Shown here piece after piece: positions 8,908-18,090 of a DNA stretch of 64,000 bases. Within the stretch, counting starts at the first letter, position 1. Each line of letters opens with the position of its first letter. Made by a program: the position numbers and the translations under genes. This DNA comes from an uncultured delta proteobacterium (GTDB lineage: Bacteria; Desulfobacterota; Binatia; Binatales; Binataceae), in contig CAVXXK010000015.1 of NCBI GenBank assembly GCA_963765675.1, forward strand, positions 32,001 through 96,000, written 5' to 3'. The notes beneath the pieces were generated by a model that saw nothing but the letters and a program-made list of their open reading frames with translations, ran no database searches and was not told the DNA's origin.

Positions 8908-10326
8908 CTAGCGGCGAGATGGGCGGACCTGGCGGACGGCGCCCGAGTCCGCGGCTTGATCGTCGGCAAGATCGTCGAGCTTGCGGTACAGGGTCTTGCG
9001 ATCGATTCCTAAAATTGCGGCGCATTCGCTTTTGTTGCCGTCCACGGCTGCGAGCGTGGCGCGGATATACTCGCGCTCTAATTGCTCCAGCGGCATCCGC
9101 TGGGCGACTGCACCTTCCAGGTTTATCCTCTCCGGATTGCCGCCCGTGATGCGCGGCGGCAGGTCGTCGCGTGTGATCCGATCGCCGGTGCATAGCACCA
9201 CCGCGTACTGGATCGCGTTCTGCAATTCGCGCACGTTGCCCGGCCACGGATGGCGCATGAGGAAGTCGAGCGCGTCGTCCTCTATTATCAGCGGCGTGTG
9301 TCCGGATTCGGCCGCGGCGCGCGCCGCGAAATGGCGCGCGAGCATCGCGATGTCCTCGGGGCGTTCGCGCAGCGGCGCGATCGCGATCGTGACGGTCGCG
9401 ATCCGGTAGTACAAATCGGCGCGAAAGCGACCGGCGGCGATTGCCGCTTCGAGCTTGGAATTGGTAGCCGCGACCACGCGCACGTCGACCGGGGTCTCGC
9501 GGGTGGCGCCGATCGGGCGCACCCGATGGTCCTCGAGCACGCGCAGGAGTTTGGCCTGCAGCGGCTGCGGCAGATCGCCGATTTCGTCGAGGAAGAGGGT
9601 TCCACCGGCGGCCGCCTGGAACAGCCCGGTCTTCGCCTGGCGCGCGTCCGTAAACGCGCCGCGTTCGTAGCCGAACAGCTCGCTTTCAAGCAGGGCGTCG
9701 GGAATTGCCGCGCAGTTAATCGCGACAAACGGGCCGGCGCGGCGCGCGCTATGGTAGTGCAGCGCGCGCGCGAACAGATCCTTGCCGACTCCGCTTTCGC
9801 CGGTGATCAGCACGCTCGCCGGGCTGTCGGCCATCTGGCGCACGATCTCCAGTTGCGCGCGCATCCGCGGGCTGCGGGTAACGATCGTATCCAGCCCGTA
9901 GCGTTCGGCCAATTCGTCGCGCAGGCGAATGACCTCGCGGCGCAAGCGGCGATCCTCGAGCGCGCGCTCGACCACCAGCGTCAGCTCGTCGTTGCTAAAC
10001 GGCTTCGTGATGTAATCGAACGCGCCCAGCCGCATCGATTCGATCGCGGTCTGAATCGACCCGAACGCGGTGATGATCACGACCGGCAGTTCCGGGGTGA
10101 CGGTTTTCAGCCGCGCCTGCAATTGATGCCCGGTCATTCCGCTCATCCTCAAGTCCGAGATCAGCAGGTCGGGATGCTCGGACGCGGCGAGTTGCAAAGC
10201 CGCCTCACCCGAGCCCGCGCGCAGAACGCGGTAGCCCTTGTCGCCGAGGACGTCGCCCAGCATGTTCACCATATCCGGGTCGTCATCAACGACGAGGATC
10301 GAAAAGTCCGTCTGCGCCGTACTCAT
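8908..10326 (-). CDS. Sigma54-dependent response regulator (NtrC/AtoC family)
   Basis: REC domain (VDDD, ISDLRM, TAFG, KPF); AAA+ GESGVGK, ESELFG..RGAFTDA, LFLDEIG, WPGNVREL; Fis-type HTH GIDRKTLYRKL; AGGAGG RBS. Confidence 0.95.
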   Translation of the reverse strand: MSTAQTDFSILVVDDDPDMVNMLGDVLGDKGYRVLRAGSGEAALQLAASEHPDLLISDLRMSGMTGHQLQARLKTVTPELPVVIITAFGSIQTAIESMRLGAFDYITKPFSNDELTLVVERALEDRRLRREVIRLRDELAERYGLDTIVTRSPRMRAQLEIVRQMADSPASVLITGESGVGKDLFARALHYHSARRAGPFVAINCAAIPDALLESELFGYERGAFTDARQAKTGLFQAAAGGTLFLDEIGDLPQPLQAKLLRVLEDHRVRPIGATRETPVDVRVVAATNSKLEAAIAAGRFRADLYYRIATVTIAIAPLRERPEDIAMLARHFAARAAAESGHTPLIIEDDALDFLMRHPWPGNVRELQNAIQYAVVLCTGDRITRDDLPPRITGGNPERINLEGAVAQRMPLEQLEREYIRATLAAVDGNKSECAAILGIDRKTLYRKLDDLADDQAADSGAVRQVRPSRR

Positions 10327-10543
10327 GCGGTCCTCCTGATCATGGCGATACCTTTGCGTGTTTCACGTCGTGTAGCGCGATTCGATGATCTGTCATGCGC
10401 AGGCCTCAGGTTCGCGCAACATAACAGAGGCGCAGTTTAGCCGCGAATGAAGCCGTGATCGGCAGTATGCCCGGGCACATCGCCGCAGCGGAACTCGACG
10501 CTACCTTCGGAGCAATTCGGATGTGTGAAAATCGAACATCCGA

Positions 10544-10700
10544 TGACGCATCGTTGTGACGCATCGCATGCGAATCGCGCCGGAAAGCGAAGGGTCACGT
10601 TGCGTATCTGCTACAAAGAGAAGAATTTTTATCCCAACGGTCGTCCCGAAATGCGACAAATTGTAGAGACGCAATGAGATCAATTTGGCATGGAACTCGC
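10544..10700 (+). promoter_or_regulatory. Putative sigma54 promoter with upstream direct-repeat activator site
   Basis: TTGGCATGGAACTCGC, GG(10687-10688)-N10-GC(10699-10700); TGACGCATCG direct repeat at 10544-10553 and 10557-10566. Confidence 0.45.
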
Positions 10701-10794
10701 TCTGCCTTCGGTGGCAGCGCACGGATGCTACTTTCTGTAGCATCGGGACGCGCCGCCAGACCGGGTGCCGAAACACCCGTCATAGGCGGGGTAC

Positions 10795-12738
10795 ATGCTT
10801 TTTCACTCCGACAAATATCTAGTCGCAGTTATCGCGGGAATTCTCGCCACACTTATAGCTCTCGGCATCGCAACCAGTGCCGAAGCGTCCCAGATCGAGC
10901 CGGCCGCTGACACTGCCCAGCCGGTCGCGCTCGAGATTTCGCCGCGCAACGGGGTCTCCGCGCACGAGACCCTAAAACTCGGGGTCGTCGTCGAGCGCAA
11001 ATCGGGGCGAATCTCGCTAAGAAATCGCAAGACTCGTAAGCAAGATCAAACGATCACGATCGCCGCCATCCAGTCGTCGACCAGCGATTTCGCACTTGAC
11101 AATTCCTGCGTCGGGCCGCTGGCACCGGGCGCAAGATGCGTGCTCGATGTCGCGTTGAATTCCAATGAACCAGGAGACCATCAGGGAACGCTCACGATCA
11201 TGAGCGATGCGGCCAACCCCGTCATCTCGATCCCTTTATTCGGTCGGGTCAGGCAAATCGACCAACGCAGACATCGATTCCCAACCCCGACACCTACCGC
11301 AAGCGCATTTCCGACGGTGACGGCGACTTCAACCCCGATCGCTACGCCGACCGTGACCTCAACCCCAACTCCTCAGCCCACGGCGAGCGTGACGCCGACG
11401 GTGACCGCCACGCCAACCAGGACTGCAAGCGCCACCCCAACCGTCACACCCACAGTAACTCGAACTCCAACTCGGACTGCAACTGCGACTCGGACGCGAA
11501 CGCCAACGCCGACACGGACGGCCACGCCTACCGTGACCGCATCGGCCACGCCGACGGGCACCTCGACGCCGACATCGTCAGCTCTTCCTGCGTGCACCTT
11601 GTATGTGGCAACGACAGGCTCTGACCGCAATCCGGGAACGCAAAGCGCCCCATTCGCCACCGCCCAGCAAGGAGTGTCCGCCGCAAATCCAGGCGATGTC
11701 GTATGTCTTGGTGATGGGACCTATAACGAATCGATCACGTTTAACACTTCAGGAACATCCTCCGCTTGGATCACTCTTCGCTCACTCAACCCCAGCTCCA
11801 GCGGCTCAGGCGGTGGCGCAACGATTGCTCCGGGCTCCTCCAACATTGGCGTGAACCCCAACGGCCAGAACTATATCGCGGTTGATAATCTCGTGATCAC
11901 CGGTGGCCTCTGGGGCGTCGTTGTCAGCGGCGGCAACCATGTCGCAATCAACGGCAACCTGGTGTCAGGCGCGGGAGCTGCGTGTATCGGCTTCAGCCAG
12001 GGTGACTACTACACGGCGATGCACAACACGGTGCACGACTGCGCGAAAACCTGGGGCGGCAACTCGTCGGGGATCACGATCTATGAACCAACCGCATCGG
12101 ATTCCCTGCCGGGCTTCCATAACGTCATCAGCTACAACATCTCTTACAACAATTCGAATCCCGCGCCGGACGGCACCGACGGCAACGGAATTTCGATAGA
12201 TGACAGCAATCACACCCAGTCCGACAATATCCCGTATACGGGGCAGTCTCTGGTCGAAGAAAACATCACCTACAACAATGGAGGGTCAGGAATCCGGGTT
12301 GGCTATTCGTCCGGAGTTACGGTCCGCAACAATACCTCCTATTGGAACGAGGCACTTACCACTATCACTGGACCCTGGCGCGGTGATCTGGCCGACGAGT
12401 ACAGCACCGGAACCATTTGGGTGAACAACATCGCGGTCGCCAATCCTGCCCTCAACAGTGACAACACTGCGATTCTCGAGGCTGCGGGCAGCGGCAGCGT
12501 GTGGTCCAACAACCTGACGTTCGATGGCACCAACGGTAGCGATTCCGTGGACGGCCCTGGCAGCTTTGCGGGGAACATGCTGGGAATGAACCCGATGCTG
12601 ATGAATCCTACAACTAACTTTCAGTTGCAGAGCGGAAGCCCGGCATCTGCGGCGGGAACTTCTAGCTACGGTGTTCCGGCTACGGACTTTGCTGGTAACG
12701 CATGGCTGTCGAGTCCAAGCATCGGCGCATACCGGTAA
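10795..12738 (+). CDS. Secreted protein: ASH/choice-of-anchor D Ig domain + Pro/Thr linker + right-handed beta-helix (pectate lyase family 9-like) domain
   Basis: Signal peptide; CVGPLAPGARCVLDV Ig motif; long (TP)n linker; YVATTGSDRNPGTQSAPFAT...GDGTYNE start; N-rich coils with DGNGISID and NNGGSGI; C-terminal FQLQSGSPA...PSIGAY. Confidence 0.85.
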   Translation: MLFHSDKYLVAVIAGILATLIALGIATSAEASQIEPAADTAQPVALEISPRNGVSAHETLKLGVVVERKSGRISLRNRKTRKQDQTITIAAIQSSTSDFALDNSCVGPLAPGARCVLDVALNSNEPGDHQGTLTIMSDAANPVISIPLFGRVRQIDQRRHRFPTPTPTASAFPTVTATSTPIATPTVTSTPTPQPTASVTPTVTATPTRTASATPTVTPTVTRTPTRTATATRTRTPTPTRTATPTVTASATPTGTSTPTSSALPACTLYVATTGSDRNPGTQSAPFATAQQGVSAANPGDVVCLGDGTYNESITFNTSGTSSAWITLRSLNPSSSGSGGGATIAPGSSNIGVNPNGQNYIAVDNLVITGGLWGVVVSGGNHVAINGNLVSGAGAACIGFSQGDYYTAMHNTVHDCAKTWGGNSSGITIYEPTASDSLPGFHNVISYNISYNNSNPAPDGTDGNGISIDDSNHTQSDNIPYTGQSLVEENITYNNGGSGIRVGYSSGVTVRNNTSYWNEALTTITGPWRGDLADEYSTGTIWVNNIAVANPALNSDNTAILEAAGSGSVWSNNLTFDGTNGSDSVDGPGSFAGNMLGMNPMLMNPTTNFQLQSGSPASAAGTSSYGVPATDFAGNAWLSSPSIGAYR

Positions 12739-12893
12739 TCCCAGCGGCCGCGCCTCCACGGCATTGGCCTGAACACTACTTTTCGGCGGCGGTCGAGTGA
12801 AAACTCGGCCGCCGTGCGCTTGTCTGGAGAGTCTGCCGAAGTGCCTCGCTCCGATCAGCAGTGAGCATCCGTGCCGCGAGCCCCGTCTTCAGT

Positions 12894-14366
12894 TCAGGCC
12901 GTGTTCCTGACCCTGGTTTCCAGGATAGTTTCGGCGAGCGGCAGGATGACGATAACTTGGGCACCATACTGCGACGATTCGATTTCGATCTCTCCCTGAT
13001 GGTCGCGCACGATCGCTTCGCTCACCGCGAGTCCCATCCCGGTTCCTTTGCCGGGTTCCTTGGTGGTGAAGAATGGATCAAACACCCGGGCGAGCACGTC
13101 GGGCGCGACTCCGGGTCCGGTGTCCGCAAACGTGACCCGCGCCGCTGGGCGTCCGGCATGAGTTGCCACAGTCGCGATGACGCTCAAGGTTCCGCCTCCG
13201 GGTCCCATCGCGTCGAGGGCGTTGATCGCAAGGTTAACGAAGACCTGCTGGAGCTGGTCAGCGTCGCATTGTAACTCGATCGGTTGCGCGCCGAGCTCAA
13301 CCACGCAGCGCACGCCACGGCGCGAGGTTTCGGTTTCCAGAAGTGCGAGCGTGCGCTGGATGATGGCGCGCAGATCGCAAAGCGCGAACGTTTGTTCGCG
13401 CCGCGAGCCCAGGTCCAGCAGCATCCGCACGATCCGCGTGATCCGGTCGATCTGATTGATGATGACCTCGAGACCTTCGGTCGTTCGCGGAGGATTCTGG
13501 CCATTGGAATTAAGATGCTCGGCGCGGCCGCGAATCACACCAAGCGGAGTTCCAATCTCGTGGGCGACGCCCGAGGCCAGCGTGCCTATGGCGGCGAGCT
13601 TGTCGGCGCGCCTGAGCCTGCGTTCGAGTTCGAGCTTGCGCTCGGTTTCGTCGAGTAGTCGCCGGCGCGCGACTTCGAGATCGTCGGCAAGCCGGCGGAA
13701 CTCCGTGCCCAGAAACTCGACTTCATCCCCGACGCCGTCGCTATCAAAGTTGTCATCGCTTGAGATACGCGCCACCTTGGCTGAGAGATCCGCCAGGGGC
13801 CGGGCGACATAGCGATGGCTCACCACCGGAATCAACATCGCGATCAGTCCCGCCAGCATCAGCGATGCGAGCACCGCCTGCTCGACCCGCGCGCGCAGGT
13901 CGCTCTCGACGTCATTCCAGCGCTGCGCGACCAGCAGAATTCCGATGGGAACACCGACGCGGTTGTTCAGTGCGACAGCGCGGCAGAACCAGTCACGATC
14001 TCCGACGGTTTGCATGAATTCCACGCCGTCGCGATGCAGTGCGAGAGTCAGCAGGCCCGGCGCGGGAGGAGGATCGATCGGATAGCCTTTGAGCGAGAGC
14101 ATCTTGCGGCCATCGATTCCGAAGATCGCGGCATTGACGGACTCTTCGCGGGTTCGTTCGAGCGCGAGGCGTACGTCGTCCCATTCCCCGAGCTCGATAT
14201 CCTGCCCTAGTGCGGCGCTAAGGGCGCGCGCGGTCGCGCGAGTCTCAAGCTTGAGATCGTTTACGTAAGTCAGAGTGGCCTGGCGCACGCCGAAGTACAT
14301 ATAGGCGGCCAGCACCGGGAACATGCAAATTAGCAATATTGCGGTAAGGCGGGTCGCGATCTTCAC
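12894..14366 (-). CDS. Membrane sensor histidine kinase (NtrB/AtoS-like)
   Basis: Two TM segments, HAMP-like linker, H-box AHEIGTPL, N-box QVFVNLAINALDAM, DTGPG, FDPFFTTK, GTGMGL. Confidence 0.95.
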   Translation of the reverse strand: MKIATRLTAILLICMFPVLAAYMYFGVRQATLTYVNDLKLETRATARALSAALGQDIELGEWDDVRLALERTREESVNAAIFGIDGRKMLSLKGYPIDPPPAPGLLTLALHRDGVEFMQTVGDRDWFCRAVALNNRVGVPIGILLVAQRWNDVESDLRARVEQAVLASLMLAGLIAMLIPVVSHRYVARPLADLSAKVARISSDDNFDSDGVGDEVEFLGTEFRRLADDLEVARRRLLDETERKLELERRLRRADKLAAIGTLASGVAHEIGTPLGVIRGRAEHLNSNGQNPPRTTEGLEVIINQIDRITRIVRMLLDLGSRREQTFALCDLRAIIQRTLALLETETSRRGVRCVVELGAQPIELQCDADQLQQVFVNLAINALDAMGPGGGTLSVIATVATHAGRPAARVTFADTGPGVAPDVLARVFDPFFTTKEPGKGTGMGLAVSEAIVRDHQGEIEIESSQYGAQVIVILPLAETILETRVRNTA

Positions 14367-14727
14367 GGCGTCACCATCTTTTGCGGCGTCACCATAGTGA
14401 TCTCGCAGCGGGGCCTATGGCAAACGACATAATTGGCACTCCTTCGCTCCAGGGCGTCCGTCGCGAAGTCATCCTTGTAGAGATGCAGACCGATGACGCA
14501 AGACCTCGTCGCGTTGCCAACACGCCTCAGGTTTTCGCTGGTCTTAAGCAAACAACGTGGGTATAAAGATGAAGAATCTTCACATGACCAATGATTTGGA
14601 CGTTGCTGATTCGCTCGTTATGAACACGCGCCTGCCCCAATCAAATGGCCGAACACGAGTGGATTCAGCTCTCGCCGGAAGTCGCCGGGATTCTTATCGA
14701 CCGCAGGTTTTCCAATCGTCGCGGCGA

Positions 14728-15477
14728 ATGCTCCTGCGCGCTGTAGCCTTGCTGATTGTGATCGGCGTTGCGGCGAACCTTGCGTCGTGTACCAGCATGG
14801 GAATCGATCATCCCGCACTACGCGACAGTATCGACTACGGTCCTCCCGAAAACGTCCGGTTGTGCGTCCTGCTCGACAACGGGATCACTGCCTCCGATGC
14901 GAACGCGCTGCTCGAAAGCTGGAACGATGAGGCGAGGATCTACAATCTCTATCTGCAGCCGGTCTCTTATGAAAATTTCCCGCGGCACGGCTTTTTTCAC
15001 ACCGAAATCCTCGATCAGGTCAGCCAAGTCCCGCTGGGCAAGTCTTGCGATCGGGTACTTTATTTCGTCAATCGGAACGTTGGAGACGTCGCGTACGGGC
15101 TGATCTCGACCAGCGTCGGAGTGCCGGAAATTCTGGGAGAAGTCGACGACGCAACTCTGACGCATGGCTACGTCGTGGCGCGGCGCGCCACGCTCAATCA
15201 ACTTGTAATGTCACCGAGCGGCGTTACGCAGCATGAACTCTTTCATCTGCTTGGATGTCCGCAGCATTTCGATATGCCTGATTGCTACACGCGCATCCAC
15301 AACCTCAAGCTCGCGGAAGAGAAGCTGAAGGCCCAGGGTTACTTCAGACGGCACGGCGAGCAACCATTTTATCCGACGTTCGCATCGCGGACCGACTCGA
15401 TGCTGGTGTCGCGCTTGCAGGTTTCGGAGTATCAACGCTTCAATGGCGAAACTGGCGCCGCAGCCCTCCGACCGTGA
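14728..15477 (+). CDS. Lipoprotein with zincin-type metalloprotease motif
   Basis: MLLRAVALLIVIGVAANLASC lipobox (ORF is open from 14557, start uncertain); HELFHLLGCPQH. Confidence 0.6.
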   Translation: MLLRAVALLIVIGVAANLASCTSMGIDHPALRDSIDYGPPENVRLCVLLDNGITASDANALLESWNDEARIYNLYLQPVSYENFPRHGFFHTEILDQVSQVPLGKSCDRVLYFVNRNVGDVAYGLISTSVGVPEILGEVDDATLTHGYVVARRATLNQLVMSPSGVTQHELFHLLGCPQHFDMPDCYTRIHNLKLAEEKLKAQGYFRRHGEQPFYPTFASRTDSMLVSRLQVSEYQRFNGETGAAALRP

Positions 15478-15900
15478 GGAGCATCGCGCTGTCGCGAAAG
15501 ACACGAGATTCAAGATCCAGGATGAATGCGCGCTCCGGCTCCAGAAGCGCGATTCCGCCCGCAACGATTTTGATCCGCATCAATAAGCTGTCGCAGGCAA
15601 ATGATTCGTCGCGCAAAGTTTCGTTAGTTTCAGCACACTGCTACCGATCCTTGTTGGTCACGCAGTGCACCTCTTCCCCATCTCCCCGCAGAATTTTCGA
15701 TTGCCACCCCTAAGCAATCAAGTTAGCATTTAGCCGTCATCGCTTCTCAACGTAGCGCCGGACCTTCGGGATCTACGATCGCCCTCATGTTTCCACGAGG
15801 TGCTTACGCTGCATACTAGTAAGCTCTTAGCGTCTATCGCGCTTTATAAATGAACTGGACGCCATGGTTTCCCATAGAAAGATTATCGACGCACAGACGT

Positions 15901-15930
15901 TTGACTGTCGCCTATTCACATGCTACACCT
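15901..15930 (+). promoter_or_regulatory. Putative sigma70-type promoter of the EPS locus
   Basis: TTGACT-N17-TACACC with TG extended -10, in a long intergenic region. Confidence 0.35.
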
Positions 15931-16161
15931 TACTGCTACGCGGAGTTCGGGAAACGTTAGCCCGCTTGAATCGTCTTTGGCATTTGCGGGCAAACGCCAG
16001 ATATAGCGGTGGAGGAGGGGGATGGGCGTTGGCATCGCAGCCAATTTGATTGGCTGTCTGTCTGACGATTTGCCGTACGTTAATTTGCCGTACAGGGATG
16101 GCGGACGCGCGTTCTGATTGGGAAATCTGCGGATTGATTACTTAAAGAGGTGGAACGAGAG

Positions 16162-16677
16162 ATGAAGAAACTGCTTGGCTGCGTGGTATCAGTAGTCGCG
16201 ATTTTGGCGGTGGCCGGACCCGCGATGTGCTTCAGCGTGGTCGGATTGGTCTCGGATCAGAACCGCAATTTCGTCAATAATGCATTCATCACGATTGTTG
16301 ACTCCAAGGGCGAGACCGCAGGTCATGGCCGCTCGGATATCTACGGTCGCTATTGCATCCCCCTAGTCACGCCCGGGAAGTACACGGTTTCGATCGATCC
16401 GAATTCCAAGGACTTCCAAGGCGGCTCGGCGGTGACCCAGGTAGATATCGAGGGTGCGACGATCAACTGGTTCCTGTCGCCGACCACCAGCGCAATTGCC
16501 ACCACCGACATCGGAGTCGCGTCGGCGGCGACTCTTACTTGCGGAATTCCGTGGTGGGAGACGGCAGCGGCTGGAGCTGGACTGCTGGTGGGTGTGGGCG
16601 GTATCACGGGGGGTATTATTTGCACCGAGGGTAACCACTGCAGCGGTGGCCACAGCAACGCGAGTCCCTCGGAATAA
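16162..16677 (+). CDS. Small secreted protein with carboxypeptidase-regulatory-like (transthyretin-like) domain and C-terminal Gly-rich hydrophobic tail
   Basis: Signal peptide; G.VSDQ....V..A.I.I......SDIYGRY.....PGKY.V pattern; tail AAAGAGLLVGVGGITGGII...ASPSE. Confidence 0.75.
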   Translation: MKKLLGCVVSVVAILAVAGPAMCFSVVGLVSDQNRNFVNNAFITIVDSKGETAGHGRSDIYGRYCIPLVTPGKYTVSIDPNSKDFQGGSAVTQVDIEGATINWFLSPTTSAIATTDIGVASAATLTCGIPWWETAAAGAGLLVGVGGITGGIICTEGNHCSGGHSNASPSE

Positions 16678-16687
16678 AGAGATCTGA

Positions 16688-16722
16688 CGAGGGCCGGTCC
16701 GATCCAAAAGTTCCGGCCCTCG
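16688..16722 (+). promoter_or_regulatory. Intercistronic stem-loop between the leader gene and wza
   Basis: CGAGGGCCGG / CCGGCCCTCG 10-bp perfect stem with no U-tract. Confidence 0.5.
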
Positions 16723-16819
16723 ATATGCCGCAGGCTCCCTCGGCGCGATCGGAAGGGAATTTCCAAACCGACCTAACGTCCGGTGCGCACGGCGACGACG
16801 CGCACGAGGTTCAGTTATC

Positions 16820-18034
16820 GTGCTATCGAAGATAATTCACAACGCGTTTTATGCTGCGCTGGCCTGCGCGGTCGCGGCAGGATTCGTGGCGTGTTCGTCG
16901 CAGGAACCGGCGCCGGCGTCCGCGGTATCGGCTGAGGCAACGACGCCTGCATCGGCTTCGGCTGATTCTGAAGAGACGGCACGGCTCGATGCGCTGTGGC
17001 AGCAGCGGGCCAACGATAAGTCCGAAAGCGACTTCACCGTCGGTCCGGGCGACGTGCTCGAGATTTCAGTGCCCGCGGTCGATGAACTCAAAGATCGCTC
17101 GGTGCGAGTATCAGGCGACAACACGATCGCGCTGCCGCTTACCGGAGTGATCAACGTCAAGGGTCTGACCGAGCAGGGTGTCCGCGACCAGATCAAGCAG
17201 CGGCTCGAAAAATACATGTACGATCCGCAGGTGGACGTTTTCACCAAAGAATACGAAAGCCGGCAAGTCGCAATCGTAGGTATGGTTCAGAAGCCCGGTC
17301 TTTACACACTGACCAGCCCGCATGACACGATCCTTGCGATGATCAGCCGCGCGGGGGGTATGACCGCCGAGGGGGCGCAGCGCATCCTGCTGATCCCGGC
17401 GACTCCCGGACAGGGCGCACAGACCAGCGCGATGCTCGCCGCAGCCTCGCAGATGAGTACCGTACCGAAATCCGCGCCAGCAGCGCCCAAGGCGGTCGGC
17501 GCCGTAGCAGCAGAGAAACCCAGCGGTGATATCGCGATCGAGGGTGAGAGCGTTCCTGCCAGCTATCAGCCGGCGGCTACGCAGATGCCCGCAGGGCTCA
17601 GCAGCCAAGACCCAATCGTCATTGACTTGACCAACACCCACAACGATAACGAACTCGGTATTCCGGCCCGTCCCGGCGACGTGATTATCGTACCCGCCGC
17701 GGGAGAGGTGATGGTCAAAGGATGGGTCCAGAACACGGGCGCGTTCAAAATCACCCCGGGCATGACGGTGCTCGGAGCGGTGACGGCGGCTGGAGGAGAG
17801 ATGTTCAGCTCCGACGCCGTGATTCTACGCGCGGGCGCGAATCCAGGCGCCGGCAAGATCGAGATTCCGGTCAATCTCTCGGCGATCCAGAAGGGTACCG
17901 CTCCCGACGTTCCGGTGCAGGGTGGCGACGTCGTGATCGTGAAGAAGTCGGTCGTTGGGGCAGTGCCGTACGCCGCCTACACGGTGTTTCAGAAGTTCAG
18001 CACCGGAATTTTTCCCGCGCTGCCGTTTATGTAG
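16820..18034 (+). CDS. wza: Polysaccharide export lipoprotein (OPX/Wza family)
   Basis: Lipobox FVAC; Poly_export motif FTVGPGDVLEISV...V...I.LPL.G.I.V.GLT; two SLBB repeats. Confidence 0.92.
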   Translation: MLSKIIHNAFYAALACAVAAGFVACSSQEPAPASAVSAEATTPASASADSEETARLDALWQQRANDKSESDFTVGPGDVLEISVPAVDELKDRSVRVSGDNTIALPLTGVINVKGLTEQGVRDQIKQRLEKYMYDPQVDVFTKEYESRQVAIVGMVQKPGLYTLTSPHDTILAMISRAGGMTAEGAQRILLIPATPGQGAQTSAMLAAASQMSTVPKSAPAAPKAVGAVAAEKPSGDIAIEGESVPASYQPAATQMPAGLSSQDPIVIDLTNTHNDNELGIPARPGDVIIVPAAGEVMVKGWVQNTGAFKITPGMTVLGAVTAAGGEMFSSDAVILRAGANPGAGKIEIPVNLSAIQKGTAPDVPVQGGDVVIVKKSVVGAVPYAAYTVFQKFSTGIFPALPFM

Positions 18035-18090
18035 GACTAAGCCGAGTCCCAGTCTGACAATCAACACGTAACGAGCCCGCCGAGGCCTTT

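Noticed and set aside
9640-9665. GAFTDA instead of GAFTGA in the activator
   Set aside because: Common variant; the key F and T are retained
9250-10440. Long antisense ORFs (also 6077-6691, 44003-45205, 57590-58660, 59403-60314, 48952-49854)
   Set aside because: Shadow ORFs opposite well-supported genes, expected in GC-rich DNA
14434-14447. TGGCACTCCTTCGC as a sigma54 promoter
   Set aside because: GG-to-GC spacing is 9, not the required 10; TGGCATTTGCGGGC near 15978 has the same defect
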